NCBI GenBank assembly: GCA_965204745.1 | Contig: OZ242010.1 | Coordinates: forward strand, 4,288,001-4,352,000 | DNA length: 64,000 bases | Reading direction: 5' to 3' | DNA from: Candidatus Latescibacterota bacterium | GTDB lineage: Bacteria; Latescibacterota; UBA2968 | In this document: positions 1 through 9,447 of the stretch, one piece after another | Numbering within the stretch: the first letter of the stretch is position 1 | How the letters are laid out: each line of letters begins with the position of its first letter | Notes under the pieces: model-generated | Database searches by the model: none | What the model was told of the DNA's origin: nothing | Seen by the model: only the letters and a program-made list of their open reading frames with translations | Position numbers and translations under genes: made by a program

Positions 1-1827
1 ATCCGCGCCGGAGATGCGCGCCGGGTCGAGGCCCACGCGTGCGTACACGTGCGAGATGTCGCGCCCGCCAATGGCTTCCACGATCTCTTTGGCGCGCAAG
101 GCGAATCGGTCGCTCAGTTCCACGCGCGATCCCTCGGGCAAGGTGAGGTCGATTTGAAACAGCCCTTGGTCCTCGCGGGGGATAAATTCGGTTTGCACCG
201 CGCGGGCGATGTACCCGGTCGCGCCGATCACCAGCGCGGCGACGCCGATCAGCGCGAGTTTGTGGTTCAACACGCCGTTGAGGAATCGGTAGTAAGCGCC
301 CGAGCGCAGGGAGGTGTGACGCGCGGTTTTGATGCGGCGAAAAACGCGCGACGTCAGCATGGGGATGGTCGTCATGGCGACGACCAGGGATGACAGCAGG
401 GAAAACGCGACGGTCCACGCCTGATCTTTGAAGAGTTCGCCGGCCAAGCCCTGCAAATAGACGATGGGCAAAAACACGGCCACGGTCGTCAGGGTGGAGG
501 CCAAAATCGCCACGCCGACTTCGGTCGCGCCTCGGCTCGACGCGGTGCGTGCATCTTCCCCGGTTTCGAGGTGGCGATAGATGTTTTCGATGACCACGAT
601 TGCATTGTCCACCAGCATGCCCGCGCCCAATGCCAAGCCGCCCAGGGTCATGATGTTCAGGGTCAGCCCCTCGAAGTACATGAGGGTAAAGGTCGCCAGC
701 ACGGATATGGGAATCGCCAGGCCGATGACCAGGGTGACGGTCCAACTCCGCAGGGCGATCAGCAACACCAGAATCGCCAAGATCGCGCCGTGGATGGCCG
801 AGGTTTCGACTTCGCCCACCGCTTCTTCCACGAATCGGGCTTGGTTTTCGACTGTGGTAAAGCGCAACCCGCCCAAGTCCGCCCGCATGTCGTCAATCGC
901 GTCCAACACTTCGCGCACGACAGCGACCGTATTGCTGCCGGCCTCTTTGTAAATGGCGAGGCCCACGCACTCGCGGCCATCGAGGCGGGCGATGGTTTCG
1001 CGCTCTCGGTACACCAAATCGACCGTGCCCACATCGCGCACGCGCACCGGCACGCGGTCGCCGGACACCGCGCCGCCCGTGCCGCGCTTTTCGCCCACGA
1101 TGACCTCGCGCACGTCGTCGATGTCGTCCAAGCGGCCCAGGGCTTTGACCAGGTACGACTGCTGATTTTCTCGAAGCGTCCCCCCGGACACGTCTGCATT
1201 GGCTTGTCCGATGCGGTTGACGATGGCGTCGGGCGTGAGCCCAAAGGCTTCGAGCAAGTAGGGGTTGAGCAAAACGCGGACTTCTTTTTCCGCGCCGCCT
1301 TCCACTTCGGCAGAGGCCACGCCTTCGAGGGCTTCCAATTTGGGTTTGATCAGCAGATCGACCGTGCCCACGAGCGCGTCGAGTTCCGCGCCCTCTTCTG
1401 CGGTGATCGCGATTCGCATAACCGCGCGGGCGAGCGGGTCTTCGCGGTTCACGTTCACTTGCGACACGTCCTCATTTTGCGCGTATCGGCCCACCCTTTT
1501 TTGAATGTCGAGCAAGCCGAAATCCATGTCCGCATCCCACGCAAATTCCGCGACGACCACGCCTTGGCCCGAGCGCGTTATCGAATACACGCGCTTGACG
1601 CCCTGAATGGTGCTCACGTCTCGCTCGAGTCTGCGCGTGTAGCGTTCCTCGATTTCACGGGGGGATTTGCCCGGCGCGCTCAGGTCGATGGTGACCACGG
1701 GCGTTTGCAGATCCGGGAGCAGGTCCGTGCCCAGGCCATTGAGGGAAATCCAGCCGAGCAAGACCACTGCGAGCGTGCCCATGGCGATGGTGACCGGATA
1801 GCGCGTTGAAAATTCCGGCAGGTTCAT
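1..1827 (-). CDS. RND efflux permease (AcrB/AcrD/AcrF family), partial; runs off the window start
   Basis: Manual translation from ATG at 1827: MNLPEFSTRYPVTIAMGTLAVVLLGWISLNGLGTDLLPDLQTPVVTI..., later AGMLVDNAIVVIENI. ATGA overlap with the upstream adaptor gene. Confidence 0.9.
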   Translation of the reverse strand, partial: MNLPEFSTRYPVTIAMGTLAVVLLGWISLNGLGTDLLPDLQTPVVTIDLSAPGKSPREIEERYTRRLERDVSTIQGVKRVYSITRSGQGVVVAEFAWDADMDFGLLDIQKRVGRYAQNEDVSQVNVNREDPLARAVMRIAITAEEGAELDALVGTVDLLIKPKLEALEGVASAEVEGGAEKEVRVLLNPYLLEAFGLTPDAIVNRIGQANADVSGGTLRENQQSYLVKALGRLDDIDDVREVIVGEKRGTGGAVSGDRVPVRVRDVGTVDLVYRERETIARLDGRECVGLAIYKEAGSNTVAVVREVLDAIDDMRADLGGLRFTTVENQARFVEEAVGEVETSAIHGAILAILVLLIALRSWTVTLVIGLAIPISVLATFTLMYFEGLTLNIMTLGGLALGAGMLVDNAIVVIENIYRHLETGEDARTASSRGATEVGVAILASTLTTVAVFLPIVYLQGLAGELFKDQAWTVAFSLLSSLVVAMTTIPMLTSRVFRRIKTARHTSLRSGAYYRFLNGVLNHKLALIGVAALVIGATGYIARAVQTEFIPREDQGLFQIDLTLPEGSRVELSDRFALRAKEIVEAIGGRDISHVYARVGLDPARISGAD

Positions 1828-2879
1828 GGCGCGTCTCCAACGACCCGCACGCGGGTTCGCGGTCTGAGGGTTTCGTAATTGCTCGATATCAACTGCTCGC
1901 CCGGTGCGAGGCCGACGATGATTTCCACGCGGCGCCGGTCTTCGAGGCCGGTTTCGACTGCGCGCTGTTGGGCGCGGCCCTCTTCTTCCACAAAGACGAC
2001 CTTTTGGTTGCGCCTACGCAAGATGAGTTGGCGCGGGATGAGCACGACGTTTTGGCGCGATTCCACGATGATGTCCGTTTTGACGAACATGCCCGCGCGC
2101 AACAGCAAGTCCGGGTTGTTCACCAGGCCCACGACTTTGACCGTGCGCGTGGCCGGATCCAGCGCGGGATCCATTTCCACGATCTCGCCCTCAAATACCG
2201 CATCCGGCAAGGCGTAGTTGCTCACGCGGATGCGCTGGCCCAATTTCACGGAGATGATCTGCGCGTTTGGGATTTTCAGATCGACGAACACCTGCGAGTA
2301 ATCCATGATTTTTGCGATGGGGGTGTTGGGCGTGACCAACGTGCCCTGCGTGATGTCCGCGCGTTCAGACAACATCCCACCAATGGGCGCGACGATGCGG
2401 GTTTTGTCGATTTTGATGAGGGCGTCTCGGTAGTTGGCATCGGCTTCGGCCCAGGCTTTGCGCGCATTTTCAACGGCCATTGTCGTGGACAGTTGCCGGC
2501 TGAACAGGGTTTCTTGTTCGTCCAAGGTGCGCTTGGCGGTTTCAACCGCGAGTTTTCGCGCTTGCACGCGCGCGCCGACGACCCATTCGTCGCTGTCGAG
2601 TTTGGCGACGACTCGCCCTTTTTTGACTTCAGAGCCTTTGGCGAGCAAGCGGTTGTTCCCATCCTCGCTCCAGTACAGGTGGCCCCGAATTTCCGTGGAG
2701 ATATAGGCTTCGCGCACGGGGCGCAAGGTGCCCGTGGCGGTGACGATAGCCTCGATGGTTCCGGTTTCCACGGATTGCACGGTGACCGGCATTGCGAGAT
2801 CGACCGTGCGCTGTTCCGGTTGGGTGTTGCAAGCGGTGAGCCAGCATAGCGCGATGATCAGTGGGATGTGGAACTTCAC
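1824..2879 (-). CDS. RND efflux periplasmic adaptor (membrane fusion protein), lipoprotein
   Basis: Lipobox LTAC, IVAPIGG and LRAGMFV motifs, directly upstream of the RND permease. Confidence 0.9.
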   Translation of the reverse strand: MKFHIPLIIALCWLTACNTQPEQRTVDLAMPVTVQSVETGTIEAIVTATGTLRPVREAYISTEIRGHLYWSEDGNNRLLAKGSEVKKGRVVAKLDSDEWVVGARVQARKLAVETAKRTLDEQETLFSRQLSTTMAVENARKAWAEADANYRDALIKIDKTRIVAPIGGMLSERADITQGTLVTPNTPIAKIMDYSQVFVDLKIPNAQIISVKLGQRIRVSNYALPDAVFEGEIVEMDPALDPATRTVKVVGLVNNPDLLLRAGMFVKTDIIVESRQNVVLIPRQLILRRRNQKVVFVEEEGRAQQRAVETGLEDRRRVEIIVGLAPGEQLISSNYETLRPRTRVRVVGDAP

Positions 2880-2975
2880 GGGTGTCCTCCGAGTTGTCAG
2901 TTGTCAGGTTGTATTGACATTTCATTTTTTTTGACGTTACGCACAGATTAGCAAATGTGTTGCTTGCTCATTTAA

Positions 2976-3276
2976 GGAGGACCTATCCCCCGGCCCCTTT
3001 CCTACGAGGAAAGGGGAGTAAAGGCCCTTTGATGGCTTCTCGCTATGGTTGCTCTGATGGCGTTGACCGAGGGCAGAAAGCGATTAAGGAGGACCTATCC
3101 CCCGGCCCCTTTCCTACGAGGAAAGGGGAGTAAAGGCCCTTTGATGGCTTCTCGCTATGGTTGCTCTGATGGCGTTGACCGAGGGCAGAAAGCGATTAAA
3201 AATTCCTCACATCTTCCCCTCGGAAAACCGATCCTCGTTCCCCCTTCCTCGCAGGAAGGGGGTTAGGGGGTAGGTC
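2976..3276. repeat. REP/MITE-like intergenic element with tandem ~111-bp duplication
   Basis: aggacctatcccccggcccctttcctacgaggaaagggg... occurs at ~2978 and ~3089. It is closed by the inverted counterpart ccccttcctcgcaggaagggggttagggggtaggtcc. A related copy lies at 18392-18612. Confidence 0.8.
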
Positions 3277-3304
3277 CCGATCTCGATAAGCCGTCCCATT
3301 CCGT

Positions 3305-6300
3305 TTAAAACCCAAATTGTCCGCCGGGGCCGCGTCTGCCAGGGCCGCCGGGACCTCGTCTTCCGCCGTCGCCACGGCCGCCATCCGGGCCGCCGCGCCC
3401 GCGGCCGAACATGAATGTGGGCAGGTCGTCGTCATACGCGTCGGGATTTTGTGGATCGAAGAAACGCCAGCGCACGGCATCGGCATACAGGCCCCGCTCG
3501 GCGCGGTCAGAGAGTTCGACCGCGGCCTCTTCGCCCTCGGCAAATGCGTATCGCCCCAAGTGATTCCATCCGGCTTTCATCTGGTCGCGTTCCATTTCGA
3601 GGGTGTCGGCCTTGCCCCCGTGGAAAACCGTGAGGGTAAAGCGTTCGCCGATGCGCGCGCGCCTCGCCATAGAGGGATCGAGAAAGTAAAAGCCCACGTC
3701 GAACAGCCCGGCTTTGGGAATGCGCGCGGTCCACACGGCCGGTTGCGCGCCATCGCCCCCGCGCTTTCGCCGATAATTCGTTTCAAATCGCCCGAACGCC
3801 ATGGGCATGACGTGCTCGCGCCAGTTGTCGCCTTTTAGGCCCGGGCGAAAATAGCGCGTCTCGCGGCGGATGGGCATGGAAAACCCGTCGTCGTCATTAT
3901 CGACGATGATCTCGAGCGGCCCCGACTCGTCGCCGGTCACGTCTTTGATGTACGTGGTCGGAAAGCCCTCGGTGACCTTTTCGGGCACGCGCACGGGCGA
4001 GACCAAGGGCCGCCGGTTGCGCGCGAAGAAGGGTTCGACCATCACGCGAAAGGGCTGATCCCAAAGCACCATCGACACTTCGATTTCCCGGCCGCCTTCG
4101 ATCTCCACGCCCTTGACGGCCTCATCGCCCCGGCCCGAAGCGGTAATTTGCACATAGCCCCGGCCCGGTTCGCTGTTTTTGATGCGGACGATCAGTTGAT
4201 AGACCACCATGCCAAAGCCGTCGTCCATCTTCATGGCTTTGACCCGCGTGAGGGTATAGCCCGGGATTTCCGTGCCGAAGATCCAATCGTCGACCAACCG
4301 CTGCATTTTGCGGCTGTTTTCGCTGGCGGTGGTATCGCCGATAGCCGCACGTTCAAAGGTGGAGAAGTCGATGGCGTCGTATTTGTGATTTTGGTCGATG
4401 TCGTCCAAGATACTGCGAAATGTTTCCTCGCCCCAAAAGGCTTCCATCATCTGAAAGAGCGCGGGGCCTTTGGCGTCGAGCACTTGGCGGTACAGGCCGG
4501 CCTGTTTTTCGGGATCCAACTCGGCAAATGACTTGTGTTGCATCTTGGCGACCAGCGTGTCCCAGCGCGCGCTCGATCCCCGATTGCGACCTCGGGGGCC
4601 ACCGCGCCCTCGGTCCCCAAACCCGCCGCGCCGCCGGGCGTAAAACGCAGCCGTCATGTCCGTGCTCAAATCGTCTTGGATGTACATGGGCATGCCCTTT
4701 TTGAGCAGGGCGTAGTGGTCGCCCACAAATTGCTTGTCGTAGGCCCAAAGCTGAATCACCGGGCTGCGGAACAGGCCGCCGGTGGTTCTGCCGCTTTCCT
4801 CTTTGGAGAAGAAGGTGGCGAAGACCGCGCGCACCAACAGGTCTTTTTTGATGTCTTTGGGTTCTCGGTTGCCGCGCGAGGCTTTTTGGTACCGCGCAAA
4901 ACTTCGGGTGAATTGCTGTTGCATGAGCACGTCTTCTTCGACCATCAACACGCCCGGCAGGGTCAGACCGCCCTTTTCCTCCCAGCCCTCGTAGTACCAC
5001 TGAATGTGGAATGGGATTTCCACGAGGGAGAGGCTCGGATAGGGATAGGCCATGCCGGATTCCTGTTCCATCGCATCCATGATTTGCCCGAGGGCGCGCG
5101 TGATTTCCCCTTGGGCGTCTTCAAAAAATTTGACGGGCCGCAAGTGCGAGGGGTGGACGTAAAGGGCACAGGCGATGTCGTGAATGGTGGCGCGATACAC
5201 CCGATAGACGCCTGCGTTGAGCGAGAGCACGGGTACGGGTTTTTCAATGACCCAGTGCCGCGTGACCTGCGTATCGAGGGTATCGGCGTCACCGGCCTGG
5301 CCTTGGGTGATGACTTCGAGGCCGCGCGGGTACGCGATCTGCAAGTTCGCCGTGGAGAACGAGACCGGGCGTGCGTTTTCGTACCCGTAATCCACGCCTG
5401 CGACCGGGTACCAACGGCTGCGCGGGGGCAGGAAGACGGATTCATCGCGGATCCACGCGGTCAGAGTGCCTTTGTTGAACACGTTTCTGCGCTTGGGCAA
5501 TTTGGGTCTGGCTTTTTCTCGGCGGAGATCGAAGCCATCCGTGTCGATGTCCCCTGCGTACTTCAGGGTTAGGGCGAGTTCTCGTTCCGACTGCAAGGGC
5601 GCGTGCGGTATGACGCGGATCGCGCTACCGATGCGTTCCCAAGGGATGGCCCGCCCGTCGCCATGGGTGAGGCTTTGGAGTTCAAACCCGGGATTGAGGG
5701 ACAAGATGAGGGTGTCGAGCGGGGTTTCGTGTGGATTTTTCAGGGTGATCGTGCCCGATGCTGCGAGCGGGTCTTTGTGCAAGAGCGTCACCTCGAGGTC
5801 GTAATGCGCGATTTCCGCGACTGGCAGATGGGCGACCGCTTCTTGTTGCGCGCGCAGGGATTGGCGATAGGCTCGCGCGTCTCGCGCTTGGGCATCCATA
5901 AAAAAGTAAAGCCCGGCGGCCAAGCCAAAGCCGGCCAAGGCGCAACCGCGGCCAAACCACCGTGCGGTCAAAGAGTGGGCGAGCCGGGGATAGCGATCAA
6001 TTGAAAAGCCGAAAAGGCCAATGCCGAGCAGGACGTAGAACAGGCGTTGCAACCCCACCTGCGATAGGTCCGCCAAGCCGATTAAGTCCGAGTAATACAG
6101 GGGGGCGTAAAACGCGCCGAAATCGTAGATGCCGCCGTATCGACTGCCCAAGAATGCGATCACGACCAACAAGTACCCGATGACGATGAGGGCCACCGCT
6201 GCTTGCCGGCGCAACAACGCGCCCAAGAAGAAGGTCAAAGACGACATGAAGATCAGGGCGGGCAGGTTCATCAGCACGAGGTAGCCGATATAGGGTTCGA

Positions 6301-6730
6301 TGTTGAACGGATTGCCGGTCATGCTGATCTTCGCCGCTTGGATGCCCAAGGTCAAGAGCAACACGCCGAGGCTCAACAAAACGAGCGCGCTGACGACGCC
6401 AAAATATTTCCCGGCGACGAGTTCCGCTGTTGAGATGGGACGGCCCGCGACCACTTCGTAGATGTGCGCCTGTTCGTCCGCGGCCCGGAAATCGCCCACG
6501 ATGAACGCGATGACGATGGTTTGCAAAAAGCTGTACAGGTAAAACGGGACGTAGGCTTCGATGCCGATGGGCATTTCGCGGCCACTGGCTTCGACGAGCG
6601 CGAAGACAATGCCGAGCAAGACCGGAATGCTCACGCCAATGCTGCCCAAGATGCGAAATTTTGTGGTTCTCAAAAGCATTTTGCGCTCATAACGCGCAAC
6701 GCCGAGGATGTTTTGGAGGATGGAGAGCAT
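3305..6730 (-). CDS. ABC-2-type permease fused to an M1-aminopeptidase-like domain and a C-terminal golvesin-like domain
   Basis: N-terminal ARYERKMLLR plus multiple TM helices and GKYFG. M1-like YPYPSLSLVEIP without a visible HEXXH. C-terminal IIVDNDD...ADAVRW and a Gly/Arg tail. Start chosen at MLSILQ. Confidence 0.75.
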   Translation of the reverse strand: MLSILQNILGVARYERKMLLRTTKFRILGSIGVSIPVLLGIVFALVEASGREMPIGIEAYVPFYLYSFLQTIVIAFIVGDFRAADEQAHIYEVVAGRPISTAELVAGKYFGVVSALVLLSLGVLLLTLGIQAAKISMTGNPFNIEPYIGYLVLMNLPALIFMSSLTFFLGALLRRQAAVALIVIGYLLVVIAFLGSRYGGIYDFGAFYAPLYYSDLIGLADLSQVGLQRLFYVLLGIGLFGFSIDRYPRLAHSLTARWFGRGCALAGFGLAAGLYFFMDAQARDARAYRQSLRAQQEAVAHLPVAEIAHYDLEVTLLHKDPLAASGTITLKNPHETPLDTLILSLNPGFELQSLTHGDGRAIPWERIGSAIRVIPHAPLQSERELALTLKYAGDIDTDGFDLRREKARPKLPKRRNVFNKGTLTAWIRDESVFLPPRSRWYPVAGVDYGYENARPVSFSTANLQIAYPRGLEVITQGQAGDADTLDTQVTRHWVIEKPVPVLSLNAGVYRVYRATIHDIACALYVHPSHLRPVKFFEDAQGEITRALGQIMDAMEQESGMAYPYPSLSLVEIPFHIQWYYEGWEEKGGLTLPGVLMVEEDVLMQQQFTRSFARYQKASRGNREPKDIKKDLLVRAVFATFFSKEESGRTTGGLFRSPVIQLWAYDKQFVGDHYALLKKGMPMYIQDDLSTDMTAAFYARRRGGFGDRGRGGPRGRNRGSSARWDTLVAKMQHKSFAELDPEKQAGLYRQVLDAKGPALFQMMEAFWGEETFRSILDDIDQNHKYDAIDFSTFERAAIGDTTASENSRKMQRLVDDWIFGTEIPGYTLTRVKAMKMDDGFGMVVYQLIVRIKNSEPGRGYVQITASGRGDEAVKGVEIEGGREIEVSMVLWDQPFRVMVEPFFARNRRPLVSPVRVPEKVTEGFPTTYIKDVTGDESGPLEIIVDNDDDGFSMPIRRETRYFRPGLKGDNWREHVMPMAFGRFETNYRRKRGGDGAQPAVWTARIPKAGLFDVGFYFLDPSMARRARIGERFTLTVFHGGKADTLEMERDQMKAGWNHLGRYAFAEGEEAAVELSDRAERGLYADAVRWRFFDPQNPDAYDDDLPTFMFGRGRGGPDGGRGDGGRRGPGGPGRRGPGGQFGF

Positions 6731-7007
6731 GGCGTGTTCCTCAATAGAAGCGGTTAAACGCTGATAGCTACTTTTGTGATTAGACCTAACATTTACAAAT
6801 GGAGTTCCCAAAGTGAAAGAATTAGACCAACTGTCGTCCTCGCGCCACAACACACGCACTTGGGCAAATGGATTGTGGCGGCGAAAATGGGAAATCATAA
6901 CCCTATATTTTTTAATGGCATCTGCTCAATTTTGTCTTGCGTCTCGTGGGTTTCGGGCTATATTAGCGTCAATGCTATGACGAGACCATGCGAGATGGGA
7001 GTGCTGC

Positions 7008-7316
7008 ATGACGACGACCAAAAGGGCCATTGCCTTGGAAATTTCCGAGCGTTTGGGAATCAAAAAACAACTGGCCTACGATATGGTGAATACACTTTTT
7101 GACATTATGCGCGAGAACCTGATCGATGGCAACCGAATCGAGATTCGAGGCTTTGGCGTGTTGGGGGTCAAGCCGACCAAACCCAAGCCCGCTGCCCGCA
7201 ACCCCCGCACGGGCGAGATCGTGTACGTGCCCGCCCGGCGGAAGAGCTATTTCAAAGCGGGCGTTCTGATCAAGAAGGAGTTGTACAAGCCATTGGAGGA
7301 AATCGAGAAAAGCTAA
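7008..7316 (+). CDS. HU/IHF family DNA-binding protein
   Basis: RIEIRGFG...ARNPRTGE...FKAG signature. Confidence 0.93.
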   Translation: MTTTKRAIALEISERLGIKKQLAYDMVNTLFDIMRENLIDGNRIEIRGFGVLGVKPTKPKPAARNPRTGEIVYVPARRKSYFKAGVLIKKELYKPLEEIEKS

Positions 7317-7373
7317 GCGGTATAGCCACAAGAGGTACGAGTGGGGTACAACTGGCGACAGCCCGTTCACAGG

Positions 7374-7415
7374 AAAACAAAAAGGTCCAGCCAAAAGCTG
7401 GACCTTTTTGTTTTG
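7374..7415. terminator. Probable bidirectional intrinsic terminator
   Basis: Near-perfect inverted repeat aaaacaaaaaggtccagc-caaaa-gctggacctttttgtttt downstream of HU. Confidence 0.7.
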
Positions 7416-7488
7416 TCAGGACCTCTTCCCGATTACTCGCTACGATCCGTTGTAGGCGCCGCCTGTGCCTATTTTGAAAAAAAGATAC

Positions 7489-7516
7489 TTGACAGGCGGA
7501 TTGACGGGCTTATATT
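7489..7516 (+). promoter_or_regulatory. Sigma70-like promoter
   Basis: TTGACA-N16-TATATT upstream of the surface-protein island. Confidence 0.5.
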
Positions 7517-7935
7517 CTCCCGCGTTGACCGAGTAGGTCTCAACCACAAAGGGGTTTGGCTGTTATGACAATTCAGACTTCACATCCTACTTTTTTTGGC
7601 GTTCACACCGGCACCGCGACGGCTGGTGTGAGGTCTTTTTTGCCTGCCCACAACTTAACACAACTTATTGTTTTCATTAGATTTTCGGGGGGGGGGGGGC
7701 ATTTCCCCTTATCGCCTTCCCCTATCTGTATTGTCTGACCAAAATTCCACCGTCCAATTTGCACCATGTCGCATCCCTCCTGATCAATTTTTTCCGTCCG
7801 TCTTTCCCCCATTCGTTTCATTCTTCCAAAACATTTTCTTTAGCCGGCTCAGTTCCTGCGTGGCAACCCCTTGAGGAACAGCCGGCTTATTTTTTTGTTT
7901 TCACTGACAATGCGAATTTTGAGCACATCTGCTTG

Positions 7936-8284
7936 GTGGATTCCAGGCTGATTGTCCTCACACAAGCAACACGCAACGGCGTCGATAATACCGCGGAGGG
8001 TGCCGACAAGTGGTTGTCATTATCGACCTATCACACTACGGCATACGTACACATAGAGGAGGGATGAGATGCGACTTTTTTGTCCTACCGCATAACCAGG
8101 AAAGCTTAAACCTCTTTCCCTAGCCAGCAGTTCAATCTATCGCAGTTTTATCAGCAAATTGGGGCTGGAAACCCTATGCTAATTCACAACAGGAGATTAA
8201 GACCATGATTAAATTGGCACAACTGGCCTTGTTGGCCTTGGCAATGCTTGCGACCCTGTTTTCTGGGACTGGATTTGCTTTTGA
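7936..8284 (+). repeat. ~350-bp duplication (leader + RBS + signal peptide), copy 1
   Basis: Nearly identical to 9443-9795 apart from a small indel near the RBS. Confidence 0.95.
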
Positions 8285-9275
8285 AGGGAGGAAGTTACGA
8301 AAGGGAACCTCGGCTATGAAGCTCACGCGGTTGCTGATCTTCGGAACCGTTCTGCTGGTCATGTGCTTTGCTTATGCCTGTGGAAAGGACGATCCGAGCG
8401 GTAGCGGTAGCGGCGGTGGCAGTGGCGGTACGCCCAAGATGTACTGGACGGACGCACTCTGGACAGGAAGCCGATTTACTGATGGTAAGATTCAGCGTGC
8501 CAACTTGGATGGCTCCAATGTCGAAGACCTCATCACCACAGGATTGGGTAATCCAGTTGGCATCGCGCTGGATGTGGGACGCGGAAAGATGTACTGGACG
8601 GAAAGGCGCATGGAGAGGATTCAGCGTGCCAACTTGGATGGCTCCCAGGTTGAAGACCTCATCACCACAGGATTGCGTTTTCCATATGGCATCGCGCTGG
8701 ATGTGGGACGCGGAAAGATGTACTGGACGGAGTGGATCGCGGGTAAGATTCAGCGTGCCAACTTGGATGGCTCCAATGTCGAAGACCTCATCACCACAGG
8801 ATTGAGAGAGCCACTTGGCATCGCGCTGGATGTGGGACGCGGAAAGATGTACTGGACAAACAAGGACTTAGACGGTGACGGTCGCACGTCTAAGATTCAG
8901 CGTGCCAACTTGGATGGCTCCAATGTCGAAGACCTCATCACCACAGGATTGAATGCGCTAGCTAGCATCGCGCTGGATGTGGGACGCGGAAAGATGTACT
9001 GGACAAACACGGACTTAGACGGTGACGGTCGCACGTCTAAGATTCAGCGTGCCAACTTGGATGGCTCCAATGTCGAAGACCTCATCACCACAGGATTGGG
9101 GGGGCCAGAGGGCATCGCGCTGGATGTGGGACGCGGAAAGATGTACTGGAAAAACACGGACTCCGGCGGTCGCACGTCTAAGATTCAGCGTGCCAACTTG
9201 GATGGCTCCAATGTCGAAGACCTCATCACCACAGGATTGAGGCCACCTGTTGGCATCGCGCTGGATGTGCGGTAG
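8205..9275 (+). CDS. YWTD (LDL-receptor class B) six-bladed beta-propeller, likely lipoprotein (alternative start 8316)
   Basis: Six repeats of KMYWT..KIQRANLDGSNVEDLITTGL..GIALDVGRG. Second signal MKLTRLLIFGTVLLVMCFAYA-C followed by a Gly/Ser linker. Confidence 0.9.
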   Translation: MIKLAQLALLALAMLATLFSGTGFAFEGRKLRKGTSAMKLTRLLIFGTVLLVMCFAYACGKDDPSGSGSGGGSGGTPKMYWTDALWTGSRFTDGKIQRANLDGSNVEDLITTGLGNPVGIALDVGRGKMYWTERRMERIQRANLDGSQVEDLITTGLRFPYGIALDVGRGKMYWTEWIAGKIQRANLDGSNVEDLITTGLREPLGIALDVGRGKMYWTNKDLDGDGRTSKIQRANLDGSNVEDLITTGLNALASIALDVGRGKMYWTNTDLDGDGRTSKIQRANLDGSNVEDLITTGLGGPEGIALDVGRGKMYWKNTDSGGRTSKIQRANLDGSNVEDLITTGLRPPVGIALDVR

Positions 9276-9447
9276 TGCCGTCAACGGTGGCGGCAGTGGT
9301 GGTGGAGGGGCCTGTTCGGTGGGGCAGGTGTTGAGTCCGGGGCAGAGTTGCACCGTCAATATTCCCAATATCAATGTCGGCAGTAATCGGTTCGTGGTCC
9401 GCTCCGATGGATCGGGGTGTTACGGCAATATCTGCGCGGGTAGTGGA
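9271..9447 (+). pseudogene. Out-of-frame Gly linker + Cys-rich domain remnant
   Basis: GSAVNGGGSGGGGACSVGQVLSPGQSCTVN...GCYGNICAGSG lies in a shifted frame right after the YWTD stop and is cut off by the duplicated segment. Confidence 0.55.

Noticed and set aside
49-2849. Long plus-strand ORFs (412 aa, 347 aa) and similar antisense ORFs elsewhere
   Set aside because: They lie antisense to well-supported genes, which is typical of high-GC DNA.
8435-9275. CRISPR array (regular repeats with variable spacers), also at 17564-18360
   Set aside because: Two alternating repeats, all spacers preserve the reading frame of a YWTD protein, and no cas genes are in the window.
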